A DNA stretch of 64,000 nt from Psilocybe cubensis (Eukaryota). Positions 45,101 to 58,260 of the stretch are shown here, in pieces (the first letter of the stretch is position 1; each line of letters opens with the position of its first letter). The notes beneath the pieces were generated by a model. It saw only the letters and a program-made list of their open reading frames with translations. It searched no databases and had not been told where the DNA came from. Made by a program: the position numbers and the translations under genes. The stretch lies in assembly GCA_017499595.2 (NCBI GenBank), contig CM039003.1, positions 2,666,001-2,730,000 on the forward strand. Reading direction: 5' to 3'.

Positions 45101-48100
45101 TTACTATCCAGACAGTGCTGCTCAGCGGAGATGAGATACTCGAAGTCAGCATATGGATTTCTACTCACGTATGTACATCGAGTGCGGCAAGAATGTCGTC
45201 CAGCAATAAAACTTTTGCCTGTGAATAAATTGCGCGTGCTAGTGTGATCCTTGCCTGTAAGATTTTATCAGTCAGACAAGTCAAGCCGATGAGATTAAAA
45301 GCCTTGCCTTTTGTCCACCACTAAGCGACAGGAAATTTATGATTGCTAATTGAATCAAAAACAGTTAAAGAGCTATACCTGAGAGTTATTCCCCTCTCGC
45401 CAACTTCCGTGGCATCCCCTGCTTCAAACAGATTCAGATCTCTCTCTAACGCGCATTGGTATAGCACTGTAAAAGTTGGTAAGCAAGGACGTGGTTTACT
45501 TGAGGGTCTCTATTTACCTTTCTTATACCGAACCTCATCGTATGCAGACCCAAACAAAATATTGTCTTTAATAGTATCATTCTGTACCCAGGACTCTTGG
45601 GCAGCATATGCAACACCACCTGACCTAGGAAGATTGAACCAAGCATCTAGACCCGATTTAATGAAGTGCATTTCGCCTGGAGGTTTGATCAGAATCAGCA
45701 ACACATCCAAAGCAAGAAAGATTACTTACCCAGAAGTGCCATCAAAATTGAAGTCTTTCCAGAGCCACTGATAAAAGTGAGAAATTACAAAAATAAGATT
45801 AGAAAAGTGTAAGCGTACGTTGGTCCAACGATCAGGTTAATGCAATTAGGTTTGAATAGAAGCTCATCCTTGATCTCAAGCCGATATTGATTGTGTACAG
45901 ACGTAGGCGCGCTGTCATTACTGCCAACTCTCCAAGAAAATGAAGCTTTTCGGAAACCTATCTCCTCGGACTCGGGAAGGGGGTTATCAATGACTATTGA
46001 ATTTTCAAACGAGTCCAAGAGCTCTGTATTGCATAGAAAATCGGAGATACGATCCAAAGACACCTTCCCTGAAGTTAATTCGGTCATTTTACGGAGATGG
46101 TACTATGATAAATTTATAGGTACCTTGTATGGATGTCGAAAGCTGACTATTAATTTGAAACAGTTGATTTCGAATCATTGTGAACACAGTTAAGCTTGAA
46201 AAGATTATGGATGCTATGATAAAGCAAGTAATTGGTTCCAATTCTGAGAGCAAGAAAGTAGAAACTGCTCACGTGTAAGGCTTCGTTTCATGACCATAGT
46301 ATAGGTTGCGTAGGTCGCCACCATGGTAGCAGTTGGAATGAAGACGCTACGGAAAGTCTTAGCTAACAGAAACTGAGTAGGATGAAAAACTTACTTGAAG
46401 AATCGCGTAAATATAGAAAAGGTCTAAGTATTCATCAATACCGGTAAATGGGTAGGGCGGTCGGCAAGAACCTTATATCTCCAGATTGCAGAGAGCTCTT
46501 CCTCCCTTTTATTATCAATCTTTTTGGCCAACTCTTGCTCCCAACCGAATAGTTTCACCATTTTGAGAACAGCGATGACTATAAAACAACCTTAATGTAA
46601 ACGTTCAGAGAAAGCTGTTTAACCTGCCTTCAGTTATAGTTTGCACCTTTGCATCTGTCTGCAAATTTTGCGTCAATATTCTTGCAGAGCATTCAAACGG
46701 TATACACAGCACCTTGGACATCCGAGTTTTTTGGATACTATGTAGCATCTTTGATGTGTATCCCGGAACAGGTAAAAATAGAATCATAACCCCTAGGCCA
46801 ACGAAAGCACTGGGTACTTCAGTGAGTAATACACAATACATTCTTAAATAAAAGTCACACCTCCATCCAAGTAAAATGTAAAGAAACCAGATCGAGAGCG
46901 ATATTTGAAGCGGGACGTATAAAGCTATAATTTTGTTTAATAATAACCAGTAAATTTCTGGCAATTAGAAATCTTACTAACCCACAAAAAGGAAATCCCT
47001 TGCGTCGATAACATTTCCTAAATCTGTTGTGACAAGGTTGTTAATTTTGCCAATAAAGTGTGACTCTTTCTTGGAAGAAGATGCCTCGTCGTTGGCATCA
47101 CTTTGATTCAATGGAGAAAGTACCGGTATACCAGGGGGAGCACCAGGAGTCGCGGAGACAGCATCAGCTTGTTCAGCGGGCGCTGCTGGTTCTAAACCTT
47201 CGGAGGAGTCAGTGTTAACACCAGTCTGGTCCTGGTCTGTGGTAATTTTAGGCTTGACTTCTTCACTCGAGTCAGCCGTGAACCTGACCCGCAGGCTATG
47301 CTCAAAGATTAATTGCGTCATCAGCGCCTCCGTATGTGTCAGTGTTCTGGTCGCTAGGAATATATACCACTGGAAGAGAATCGAATCGAAGGATGGGCCA
47401 CAAAACAAACACAGGATCCAGAACCATGGACGTATTGTGGCTCCTTCCCCTCCGTTTTCAATGTAGCTAGGATAATGTGTTGAAAGGGTTAATAGGAAAG
47501 AGAAAGTCCATAAGGCAGTTGACTAACCTAAGAATACGATTGATACCAATGGGTGAAAGAAAACCGGCAACCACTTGGCCTATGACAGAAAGTGCCATTA
47601 CTGAATATTCGTAGCCTGATCACGAAATGAATATTATATATTGCAGTTTAAACATTCAACACGTACGAAAAACGGACATTAACCCAATAAATAGGTGCCG
47701 CTTCTTTGCACCACTGTATACATCCAAATACTTTACACAATTGGTTGAGCCATGTAACAAAAATAGTATAAAAACCACTGCTTACTGGGAAAGCCTTAGC
47801 AACAAGATTTCGGGAGAAATCAGTGTCAGAGAGTGGGGGCAATTTGCTGGCCTCCAAATGCTCAACTCGAGACCCCAGAGAAACGACGGGATCGAGATAG
47901 GAAAAGAGGCCGAGAGAGAAGATAGAGCATGTTTGCTCGTTGTTTGGCTCTGGCATAGGGTCCTGCAAAGAGTGAGTCGTCCCTATACTGGAAATGAAAT
48001 GTGCACAGAACAAAGTAGGCGCACCTCTGGATTCACCGGCACATACCGCCGAGGAACAAACAGGGGGATGAACCATGCTGTAAAACTCAAAATTGCTAGT

Positions 48101-48811
48101 TTAATCCACAAGAATTCGTCTTGGGGCCAGTCTTTGGGCTGTTGGGTGTATGTCGCCAGAGGCCAGATGTCCCTGTAGGCGTAAATGCAAGACGTACAAA
48201 TCAACAGCAAAGTATTTTGTGACGTTGCAGATGTGGACAAGTTTTGGATTGTCACAGATATAATTGCCAAGAAGGAGCAATAAAACTGGATACAATCAGC
48301 TCAGATCATCAGATTATTTCTGGAAACCGCAGCTCACAAAGGTAAAAGTCATAAAGGCCTCGGGACATTGAGCTGCCTCAGAGCGCTGACATTGAAGTGA
48401 TGTCTGCATCGACAGCAAGAATAGCACGAGGCAACCAACTAGACGCGCCATCGCATACCCAAATGTCACCAAACCAGCGTTATCTTTGCTCTGCTGGCGC
48501 AAATATTGTAGAGTAGCTGGGTTTACTGCAGGTGTTGGAGTTAGATGCTGGCCATTAGCGTTTCGGCCGCTCAAATGAACAGCCCCAAATCCTCTGGAAA
48601 GATGTTGTATTGCCTGAAAGCATATTATTGAAATGGTCAGGATCGCTGGTATTGCAAGAGAATCGTTCATCGCGCTGGATATTTGATAAGACTTCGAATT
48701 AAGCTTCGATATCCAATGTTGCACTTACAGAATACCCCATTTTTGCAGTACAGCACTGTATACATGAGGCTCTTCAATCACCTTCTGACCTCCCCAATAG
48801 GCGTAGTCCAT
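42187..48811 (-). CDS. ABCC/MRP-type ABC transporter, paralog 2 (one 3' splice donor appears broken)
   Basis: Same domain and exon layout as paralog 1: [56 protein letters not shown] at 48811, stop TGA at 42187-42189. Confidence 0.9.
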
Positions 48812-49374
48812 TTCACGGGGGCGGTACTTCGCTTGTTTCGGGTCCAGCTCTGTAGGTTATGAGGAAAGCATAAAGAAACCACTGTTTGTCATCTCCGAGC
48901 CCATCGCTTCCATTATTGACGTGTTAAGTTTCTGACCGTGTATCCGAATAGCACATAACGTCCACATGCATATCAATAGCTCTAATCGACGCTGCAGCTG
49001 CGCGTGTGAATCACCCTGGTGGAGAACGTTGAAGCGCGATGCCGGTTGAAGCTTGTTCTGTTTTCGATTCATCGCAGACTCGTTAAGCACTCGAATAAGT
49101 TTCAGGATGCGGAAATATTAGTTATTGACATGTTCAGTGGATAATGATTAGCAGGCTGGAGGTCGTTCGCAGCGAGTCACGACGGAAAATCATTGAGAAA
49201 GAGAAACGCGAACATTCTCACGGGTCACGGTCACCTGACCCATCGCGAAGCCCCTGTCGCTAGGCAGGTTTCAAATCACACTGGCATTCCCAAGCAGAAT
49301 GTTGCACTTTGAACTTTAAATTTAAAACTATGACTCGAACAAGCAGAGCATCTCGTTTACGAGATTGCCTTTTC

Positions 49375-49399
49375 CCGGACAGTCTGCCAGACTGTCCGG
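49375..49399. repeat. Perfect 12-bp inverted repeat CCGGACAGTCTG-C-CAGACTGTCCGG; related inverted copy at 49979-50016
   Basis: Read directly from the sequence. The second site is agtctggcagactgtccggcagactgtccgccggacag. Confidence 0.85.
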
Positions 49400-50263
49400 C
49401 GGACTCTGGGGAGATCTTGGGTATTTGTGACCATCTGTGACCCGGTCCTTGCTCATCGTTCTGGACTTGGAGGGAGTTGTGCCTCCACACCAAGATGATA
49501 TGAGTGTCTCTATTGGCTTAAGAGAAATAGGTGTATATATTACAAGTTCATTAACTATTGAATTTTGGGCAATGTTAGTATTATTGACGGACAGACAAAA
49601 TAATATAGAAAGCAATGAGACATGATTTTCTTTTAAGACAGCTATATTCTCTTAATTCAAGCGAGAGTGGCGGTACACAAATTCCTTCCTTACAGTCAGG
49701 ACTTGCAACTGGTATAAGTATGTAGCAAGTGGCTACAATGGTCATTTAGAACACATGTGTTTAATGTCCTTTCTTGCAAAAACATGATTTTAGTTTAAAA
49801 AAACAACACAAAGGTTGACTTATAAATCAATTCCACCTCCCACTTGAAGGAGGGCTGATGAGGTGTCGGGAAGGGTCCATGGCTAGCGTGCGCAACAATG
49901 AGTGAGCGCTGGCGCTGAGCGCAGCACGGGCACCCAAGTGTCACCTTTTCTGTCACGAACAAGTTCTAAATACCCCCGAGTCTGGCAGACTGTCCGGCAG
50001 ACTGTCCGCCGGACAGATGCCCTCAAAAACGCCTACCCTGAAGTTATACTTCGATCACGAGATCATTATTACCCAGGGTTCGAACTTGAACGCTTGGCGT
50101 TGAAGTTCAGTTTGAAAAAGAACGCGTTGATTGACGCGTTATTATCCCTCTATTCTCCATCATTAGTCGCTGAATCTTCGGTACACAGAAGCTGTCTCAA
50201 GGCTTGCATCGATCCAGACATCAAACAGCAAATTTCTGCTCAAAACGAGGACGCCGGGTAGTA

Positions 50264-52401
50264 ATGGGTGCTGCAGGTGTTGAAGGCCAATTTGTAGGCC
50301 CTATGCCTATCGAAGATATGCTGAAGTTGTTGCCAGTGGTGGACATGAAGACCAAATTCGTACCGAGTTTCGAGCATGATTTCTTCTCTGCGTTGGATAC
50401 ACAGGACGAGGAGAAGGAGACGCGTGATTCATTCGTAAGTCGCTCTGTCTATCTCCTTCATTCTGACTGCTTCACTTTTGCTTGAAATATATGAAGATTC
50501 AACGTCTTGAAGAGAGCCAAGCTATTTCAGGATTCCAGCTGGTTAACTCGTCGACATATTCCTATGCAGATTCAAAGCCTTTGGTGCCTGACGTGGTGGC
50601 ATATAAACAGAGCGTAGCAGTCCCGCAAAACAGCATCGACTACATGGAGCTGGAGTTGATTTTCGAGTTTAGAACCCAGCAAGACAAAGCGGACCCTTTT
50701 GATCATAGAGCCACCAAGGATAGCATTGACTCGGAAAGCCAGTTGGATTCAACCGAATCACAACATCCTTTCGAGGCTAGAGGCGACGCGAACAAGGTGT
50801 GCCCAAGGCGGATATACAACTATGCGAAAATGTGGCTCGGAGCTCAACACCGCACGCATTGCTACATCGTGGATATTGGGGACCCCTACGCACGGATTAT
50901 TCGTTTTGACCGTGCGGGTGCGCTCGTCTCCGAACAGATTAATTATCGGATTGATGGACATTTACTTCTGGAATTTCTCTGGCGACACTCTCAAACCACT
51001 GACGAAGCTCGTGGGCACGATACAACGGTCAGAATGGTTCCTCTAGACGACGAGAAAGTCAAGCTGGCACAGAGTAAGCTATACCAATGGAGACCACAAG
51101 ATCATAACGTCAAGGTTCTCGAAATGGATATTCCAACAAGTGCTGGTGGGGTGGCACATACAGTTTATGTTTGGGGGGCTTTATCTGAACCACACTCACT
51201 GATTGGAAGGGCGACGCGAGGGTACCCGGCGTGGGACCCCAGTCGTCCCGAGGGGGAGGATATTGTCTTTTTGAAGGATTCCTGGAGGTCTTGTGCGTCA
51301 GGTATGGAAAAGGAAACCGATATACTTCAGACTCTGAACAAACATGGTGTCCGAAATGTACCCCAATACCTCTACGGCGACGACATACCTGGCCATAGGA
51401 CAATCACCCAGGATTATACCGAAGCGAAATGGAATGCAGGTGGAGTCGCAAAGGATGTTATGAAGAGAGTGCACATTAGATTCATTGAAGACGTTGTCGG
51501 TCTTCCTCTCTGGGAATTCGAGAACCCAAGGCAGTTGGTCGTGGCTATACATGATGCTATAATTGGTAAGCATCGAGTGATTTTCGTGATTCGATGCTCA
51601 TTCAATTATCCTGCGGCAGCTCACCAAGATGCGTACCAGATCTGCGGGATTCTACACAGAGACGTGAGCTTAGGAAATATCCTGCGGAGGAGAGATGGTA
51701 AAGGCGGAGTGCTGAATGACTGGGACCTGGCAGCGCGCTACAACATTGAAACACATACTCCTCTCAAGGACAAGAGGCAGCAATCTCGGTCGGTGAGTGA
51801 CTTGATTTGCTCCGGTGATGACTTGCGGCTAAAAATGTACTATTACCAGGGAACGTGGCAGTTCATGTCAATAGGACTTCTCGAGGACCCGTCAAAGGTT
51901 CACCACTGCATCGACGACGCCGAGTCTTTTATTTGGGCCCTTCTTTACTGCACTATGCGTTACATGAAGACCAGCATTGTGCCTATAAGGTTGCAAAATA
52001 CCATGGAAGATCTATTTGACCAAGTTAACCGAGGCTTACCAGGCGAATTAAACACAGGCGGGGCTGGCAAACAATCTTTCGTCACCGGCAATCGTTTTAG
52101 CTTCGGAGGCTTCGTTGTTAACGACAATGAACCACTGACAAGCCTGATAGCTAAACTCTTCAAAAGTATTATTTTAGAGTTTCGCATTCGTCTTGCAGGG
52201 TCTCACATCCACATCGACGAACTTATAGAAGACCACCAATTTACTCGTGAGCAGGCTCAAGAAACCTTTATCCGCGAAACCAATGAGCTAGGAGTGCAGC
52301 TTTATTTACTTATGGAGTCAACTTTGAAGGATTCCCTCAGCAAGGACTGGCCCAAAAGTAATCCAGGTTGGCATGATCACCTCCGTCACCAAAATTCGTA
52401 A
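50264..52401 (+). CDS. Fungal-type protein kinase (FunK1/Pkinase_fungal family)
   Basis: FVGPMP, IIRFDRAG, LIGRATRGY, VFLKDSWR, ILHRDVSLGNIL, LNDWDLA, GTWQFMSI, DDAESFIW; short introns. Confidence 0.85.
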
Positions 52402-54984
52402 GAGGTCGCAACAGAGTCCCAGGCTGCCTGACTTGAATAAAGGTCTATACAACGTCCGGTGTCGCGCTCTATGGGCCCGCGGACATGCTATCTTATTATA
52501 GAAGAACAATATAATAAAGGTTCATAAATCTACCAGATTTTTAGCGACTGAAACGTGCTCCTTGAGTACGTCACAGCCTGCCTTTGGAAAATGTTGGAAA
52601 ATGTTGGAAAATGTTCATCCACAACTAAGTCGAACTTGAGCTTTGTTGAACCGGAAATTGTAAATGTCGCAAATTTTCTATATCACGTGAATTGGTTGTT
52701 GAGTCTTAAGTTGAGACCTCCGAACAAGACTCAAGTTCAAAGGTACTCATGTATTAATAGTTAGAGCATGTCAATGTATTTATTGATCATATCGCAAGGA
52801 TGTTTATATCAAAATTGATACACAGGACTTCTTTGTTCAACGAACAAGTAATCTACATCACCGATGAATTTGACCGCCTATGTAAGATGACATGACTGAC
52901 AACCAGGTCAGAAATATCGGATAGATTTAACTCGGCCAATGGTTTGACAGGAGGGATATGAATGGCATTTAGGTGAGCCTAGAGAGTACCCAACACTGTC
53001 AGTAACATATTTCATTCGAATGGCCACATATCTCCCTACCTGTACGTTGTCCCATCCAATAGCCAACACAAATTGAGATGTCTGTCGTATTGTTCCCCAT
53101 GCTAATGGTTGATACACCCCGTTGTAGGATATAGAATTGCGCTTTAGTATACCGACCCTCGACCCTAGTTCTTGAGAATGCCCTATTTTGGGGTTTCCTA
53201 TAGAAAGCTCTGTCATAGGAGCGCCCAAAGCGTTACTTGGGTCCTCGTCGAAACTTATATGTTGCCATGTACAATCACTGGCTTGGGATAGAGTATTTAG
53301 ACTCATAACGAATCCGGGAAAGTCGACTCTGGACGTTGCCCTATTTATTGACTCGAGTGATTCCCAAACTAGTTCCATTTTTAAATTAGGAGAACACGAT
53401 GAGTTCAGAAGCAGAGTATCACCTATAAAGAGGTAGAATCGCCTGTAATTCTCAACTTGGAAGCCATGAAAGACGCTACAGTTTGTCAGTTTAGGGTTTA
53501 ACGCAATGAATCAGTGGATAAGTACCTCAGCGCACCCTGACAGCCCTCCAAATAATTAAGCGCTCTTTCTGCCAATGACGTATCTGCTAGGAATGAGTCA
53601 GATACTATAAAGCTAGTGAATGCAATGATGTGTCTGTAGGCCATCTTTAAAATGCGAAGCTGTATAGAACTTGGTGCCTCAAACACCTACTACTGGACGC
53701 CATTTTATATCGTTGGGACGAGGTTTTATCAAAATACTTGAGGCAAAACAATAAACCTTATGGGCGCCTTCTCTCTCCGACGCTAACTCGCACAAGAATT
53801 CTGTCAATCTTCCGTGGCAGCTTTCCTGAGAATACCCGATGTCCGCAGACTCACCAATTTACTTCAACCTCACACAACAGCAACGATCAAAATACTCAGA
53901 ATTTCTCGCAGAAAAAAAAATCTAGGTATTTTGCACCTCGACAGGGTAGTTAGAGACTTGAAATGATTGCGGTCTGCATTGATGGACCGGCTAGGTTCAA
54001 AGCGAAGGTGCGTGCGTCTGTGGCCGTTCTATTTTTAAATCCTGCATTCGCGGGACTATATACATGTACACCGTGGATGAACCTACGTAGTTGGACTAAC
54101 AGCTAGTCAGCAGAACGCCACGACTCAGCGATATATGGCAGTCTTTGGAGGAAGGAATCCGGTTTGAGAAGAGAGAAATCCGTCCCCGTCTAAATCGCAC
54201 AGGGAACGGCGCTCACCCGTCGGGTAAATCTTTGACTCGGTAGGAACATCAGTAGGCAGAAAAAAGTACAAAAATTGCGTGCTCTAATCCTGAGACCTCG
54301 TTCCCTCTACGATATAAGTATTACTATTAGTAACGTTTGCATTAAATTTTCTAACACCCTGATTTCAATTCGATTGCGAGGAAACGGCCGTTCCGATCGT
54401 CGCGTTGGAGAACACTCAACTCGTATCAAGGATTCACGCGCGCACGGGTGCATCACCTCCGAGCGTTGTAATTGAAGGTTGAAGCTGAAGTGCTCACTGT
54501 TGATAAAATACCAAGAACACTGGATTGAGGATCATTATAACCGATATTTACATGGATTGACTATAAATTAACAACTGGGACTTGCTCAACAAAATCACTC
54601 AGGTTTGTTTCGCCCACAATTTAGGAGCGACAGAGTTCCAACAAGAGGACTCTCCGAAGTTATACTACACTATCCAATTAATCTGAGGTAAAATTGGCTC
54701 CTTTTGCGAATTGTTTCCTGAGCTGATTGTGTTATCTACTCCTCTCAGGTACTGTCCGCGAATTACACTAAGGTTGAATGTACTGGGGTGACTTCAAAAT
54801 CGATAATCAACCGTACCTTCCAATTAGCGCTTCTACATTTTTAGGATACGACATTAATCCTGCATCGATTTTGGCTATCCGAAATCGCTGAGATCGGGTG
54901 CTGAGACACTTGACGTCCTAGGCAACCATTGAGCTATTTAAGAGCAAACTGCCCGGGAAGCGTCCACTGTAGAGGTGCACTGTT

Positions 54985-56000
54985 CTATGAGCGAGGAATA
55001 TAATCCGTAACTGCCCCCCAAGGTTTATCTGAGCCGGGGTCCCTCGTCACAACGCGAGCAGGTCCATTTGCAAAGGGGGGATGAAAGCGAAACGTGCGCA
55101 AACGTGACATTTCCTGTAAATTCAAATTTTCCCAGTTCCCTTGAACCCCTAGGTAATCGTCAACGACATTACAAATAACTTCAATTAAAGCGTCTCACAA
55201 GCTGAGTCTCCTACACTTAGGAGTGCGAATTCCTCAAGAGCGTTGGAGCACGCTTTGAGAAGATCCTTAATTATGTTGTAGGACGACTTGTCCGCGTATA
55301 CTATTAATGTTTGAAGTCTGGATAAGTCCACATGCGAAGACGGCCGCAGGAGTACTTCCAGCGCAATTCTAGAATTTTGATAGGAAAAGTTTGTCAATTG
55401 TAGATGATGCAGAGGTTTTGACTTTGTTGGTATCCCGGGAGATTGTATAGTCGATTGACCTGTCAGAGATGTGAAGGAAACGGCGAGAGATGTCAGATGC
55501 ACGCAGCTCGAGATAATTTCCACTGGCACATGGGCGAGACACTGGATCGTCAAGGAGGTGATAGATGAGGCAAAGAACGGAATGACGTTGTCCACGAAGA
55601 GTAGGGGATTTCTGAGGTTTATGATACCCTTTGAGGCTATTGTAAGCTGCCGAATAGGTGATATTTCCGCCATCATACGAAGAAAAGTGGGGTCAGGTAA
55701 TATGAAGAAGGTGCTTTTCAGCAGTCCGAACTGAATAACTAGGCCGTCTATGTAACGAGATATCTCTGGGTTCATTTCGATGAGATTTGAAAGGCCAACG
55801 AGTCTTGTCATCCGAGTTGCGTGAGGCCCGTCTGGAATAGTGACTGTGGAGAAGATATGGAGAAGACACCGAGGCCGAAAAGAATGGCTAACAAGTGAGC
55901 AAGGTATTAAATATGCCCCTTGCGGGAGTCCTTCACTAACTGATAACGCTGCCAATGTGTCGATAATCTTGTCGATAAGCTCCTGTGGGAGTTGGGTCAT
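54985..56000 (-). CDS. F-box-like protein (family A, copy 2); exon 2 appears prematurely terminated
   Basis: MTQLPQELIDKIIDTLA..CSLVSHSFRPRCLLHIFSTV is homologous to 874-2726 with the same phase-1 intron. The exon 2 frame reaches TAG at 54985-54987. Confidence 0.65.
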
Positions 56001-56218
56001 ATCAGTAGATATTTTATGTTGAGAACTCGGGAAAATATAATAGAAGCTGAGAGCCTAATACGATGGTTGTGGTTTAAGTTACTCCGTTGCTGGGAGGGCG
56101 AAGTCAGTGCTTACCGATCATCAATGATTTCCTAATCCAGTATTACCACGTGACTCGCAAAAATCGTCGGTTCGCATCCCTCGAGTCAGTGTCGGTCTCA
56201 TCCAATAACTACACAAAA

Positions 56219-57707
56219 ATGGTGAGTTTCGCGACGGAAATCGCATGAATCATTGAAATCGACACTCACAAACCACTATATAGAGGCCTATTCTTTTGCA
56301 AGGTCAGCTCCATGTCGACAGATTGTGGTACATCAGGAGCAAAGTACTAAATCACTCGAATGCATTTTTGAATAGGTCATGAACGATCTTTGACACAAAT
56401 CAAGTTCAACGCCGAAGGAGACCTCTTATTCACATGCTCCAAGGATAACATCATCAACGTCTGGTACTCACATAACGGAGAGCGGCTGGGAACATATGAA
56501 GGAAACAATGGAACCGTGTGGACTGTAGATGTTGATCGTATGTCCTTGCTTTTGATCTCGGCCTCTCTCTTCCTCATCGGGGCTTTATTTCGTGGTTTTT
56601 TACTGACAAGATTCTACATAGCCCAAACAAAATACCTGGTGTCAGGCGCTGCCGATAATACCCTGCGACTGTGGGCAGTTGCAACAGGAAAATGTCTGTT
56701 TACATGGGAGTTCCCCACAGCTGTGAAACGAGTCGCTTTCAACGAGGCTGGAACTCAAGTCGTCTGCATCACCGAACAGCGTATGGGTCACCAATGCGCT
56801 ATCAGAGTTTTCGCTATCAATCAGGAGGGAGATGGTACAAAACGTGCGTCTTCCGTCGTCTCTGCGCCCTTCCTTACTTTCTGACAAGCTTTTGACATGT
56901 GGAATGTATCTTTCTTGTTCAATAGAATCGAAAGAACCTATCTTCATGTTCAACCCCATCGGCTCAAAAGCCACGGTCTGCGCATTCACACTACAGCCCC
57001 ATATCATCATCACCGGCCACGAGTCAGGAAAAGTCGCATTGTTCAACGTTAAGACGGGAGAGGAAGTTGACAGCAATGAGCGGGCGCACGGTGACGTTGT
57101 CACCGATATGCAGATGAGCAAGGACTGGACATACTGCATTACCAGTAGCAAGGACAAGTCTGCTCGGGTACGTCGTTTTTTATCGTTTCTTCTCGTATAA
57201 GAGGCCTAAATCGATGTTTCCGATTGAACAGATACACGATACCAAAAATCTCATGGTCATCAAGACCTTCACTACCGAAACTCCTCTGAACAGCGCCGCT
57301 CTTGCTCCCAGCCGTCCATACGTAAGCATTAGCACCATCGCAATGGCCCCATCGGCTGACAACTGCAATTCTTACCTTTGAACCGTCCAGGTCCTGCTCG
57401 GTGGTGGTCAGGAAGCCATGAACGTCACCACCACATCCTTGCGTCAAGGAAAATTCGAAACCCGATTCTGGCATAAAGTCTTCGAAGAGGAGGTCGGACG
57501 CGTCAAGGGCCATTTCGGACCTATCAATACGTGAGTTTTCATTTCCGCGAGTACATCTAGGTGTTAATTGAATTCGATAGTATTGCTGTCCACCCCGCTG
57601 GCACATGTTATGCTTCCGGGGGAGAAGATGGTTTCGTGCGCGTTCATCACTTTGATGACTCTTATTTCAGGGCGAAGCCTTACGGAGACCTAGAAATCAT
57701 CGAGTGA
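56219..57707 (+). CDS. TIF34: Translation initiation factor eIF3 subunit i (WD40)
   Basis: [87 protein letters not shown]; stop TGA at 57705-57707. Confidence 0.95.
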
Positions 57708-58260
57708 TGTAGGACCCTTTGTATTATCTCCACCTTGGTATAGATTCCTTGGACACACTTTTCTTCCCGCGCCTTTGAGGGCGATTTTGATGACTGTAGA
57801 TCCTTTTGTCAGCTCTCCATCACATTTAGCAGATCGACCGTGATCGGCACTGTGGATGCGTACACTGTTTGAACACAGTGACTAAGTTGAATGAGTTGTG
57901 TTCATTTTTAGCCTTGGGTTTTATAAGTTCTGCGTTGGACTTGAGAATTTGTTCTATTACACTCCATTTTGTCTGCAAGCAAATTGAGTATTTCAACACC
58001 ATAGTGACATCTTTCCAGCAAATATTTGTTCTGTTTTTAGTGCAATTGTTGCAATTCCGGGACCATTCATGCCTTTACGGAGATATCAGTCACAGCTCGC
58101 CTCGCCGTCATTTTACCGAACTGCCCTTTTCTTCATTGACCAACCACCACTCTCCTTTCTGAACACCGCCGTATATCTTGTTGGCCTGCACCTCGCGGCT
58201 GGGGCCTCTATTCAAAGTCCAATTTTCTTTCTTTTTACCCTATCTACGCACTTCGATCGC

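Noticed and set aside
52908-53686. Minus-strand ORFs that could be a decayed gene or TE
   Set aside because: No diagnostic motif recognised; would need a homology search.
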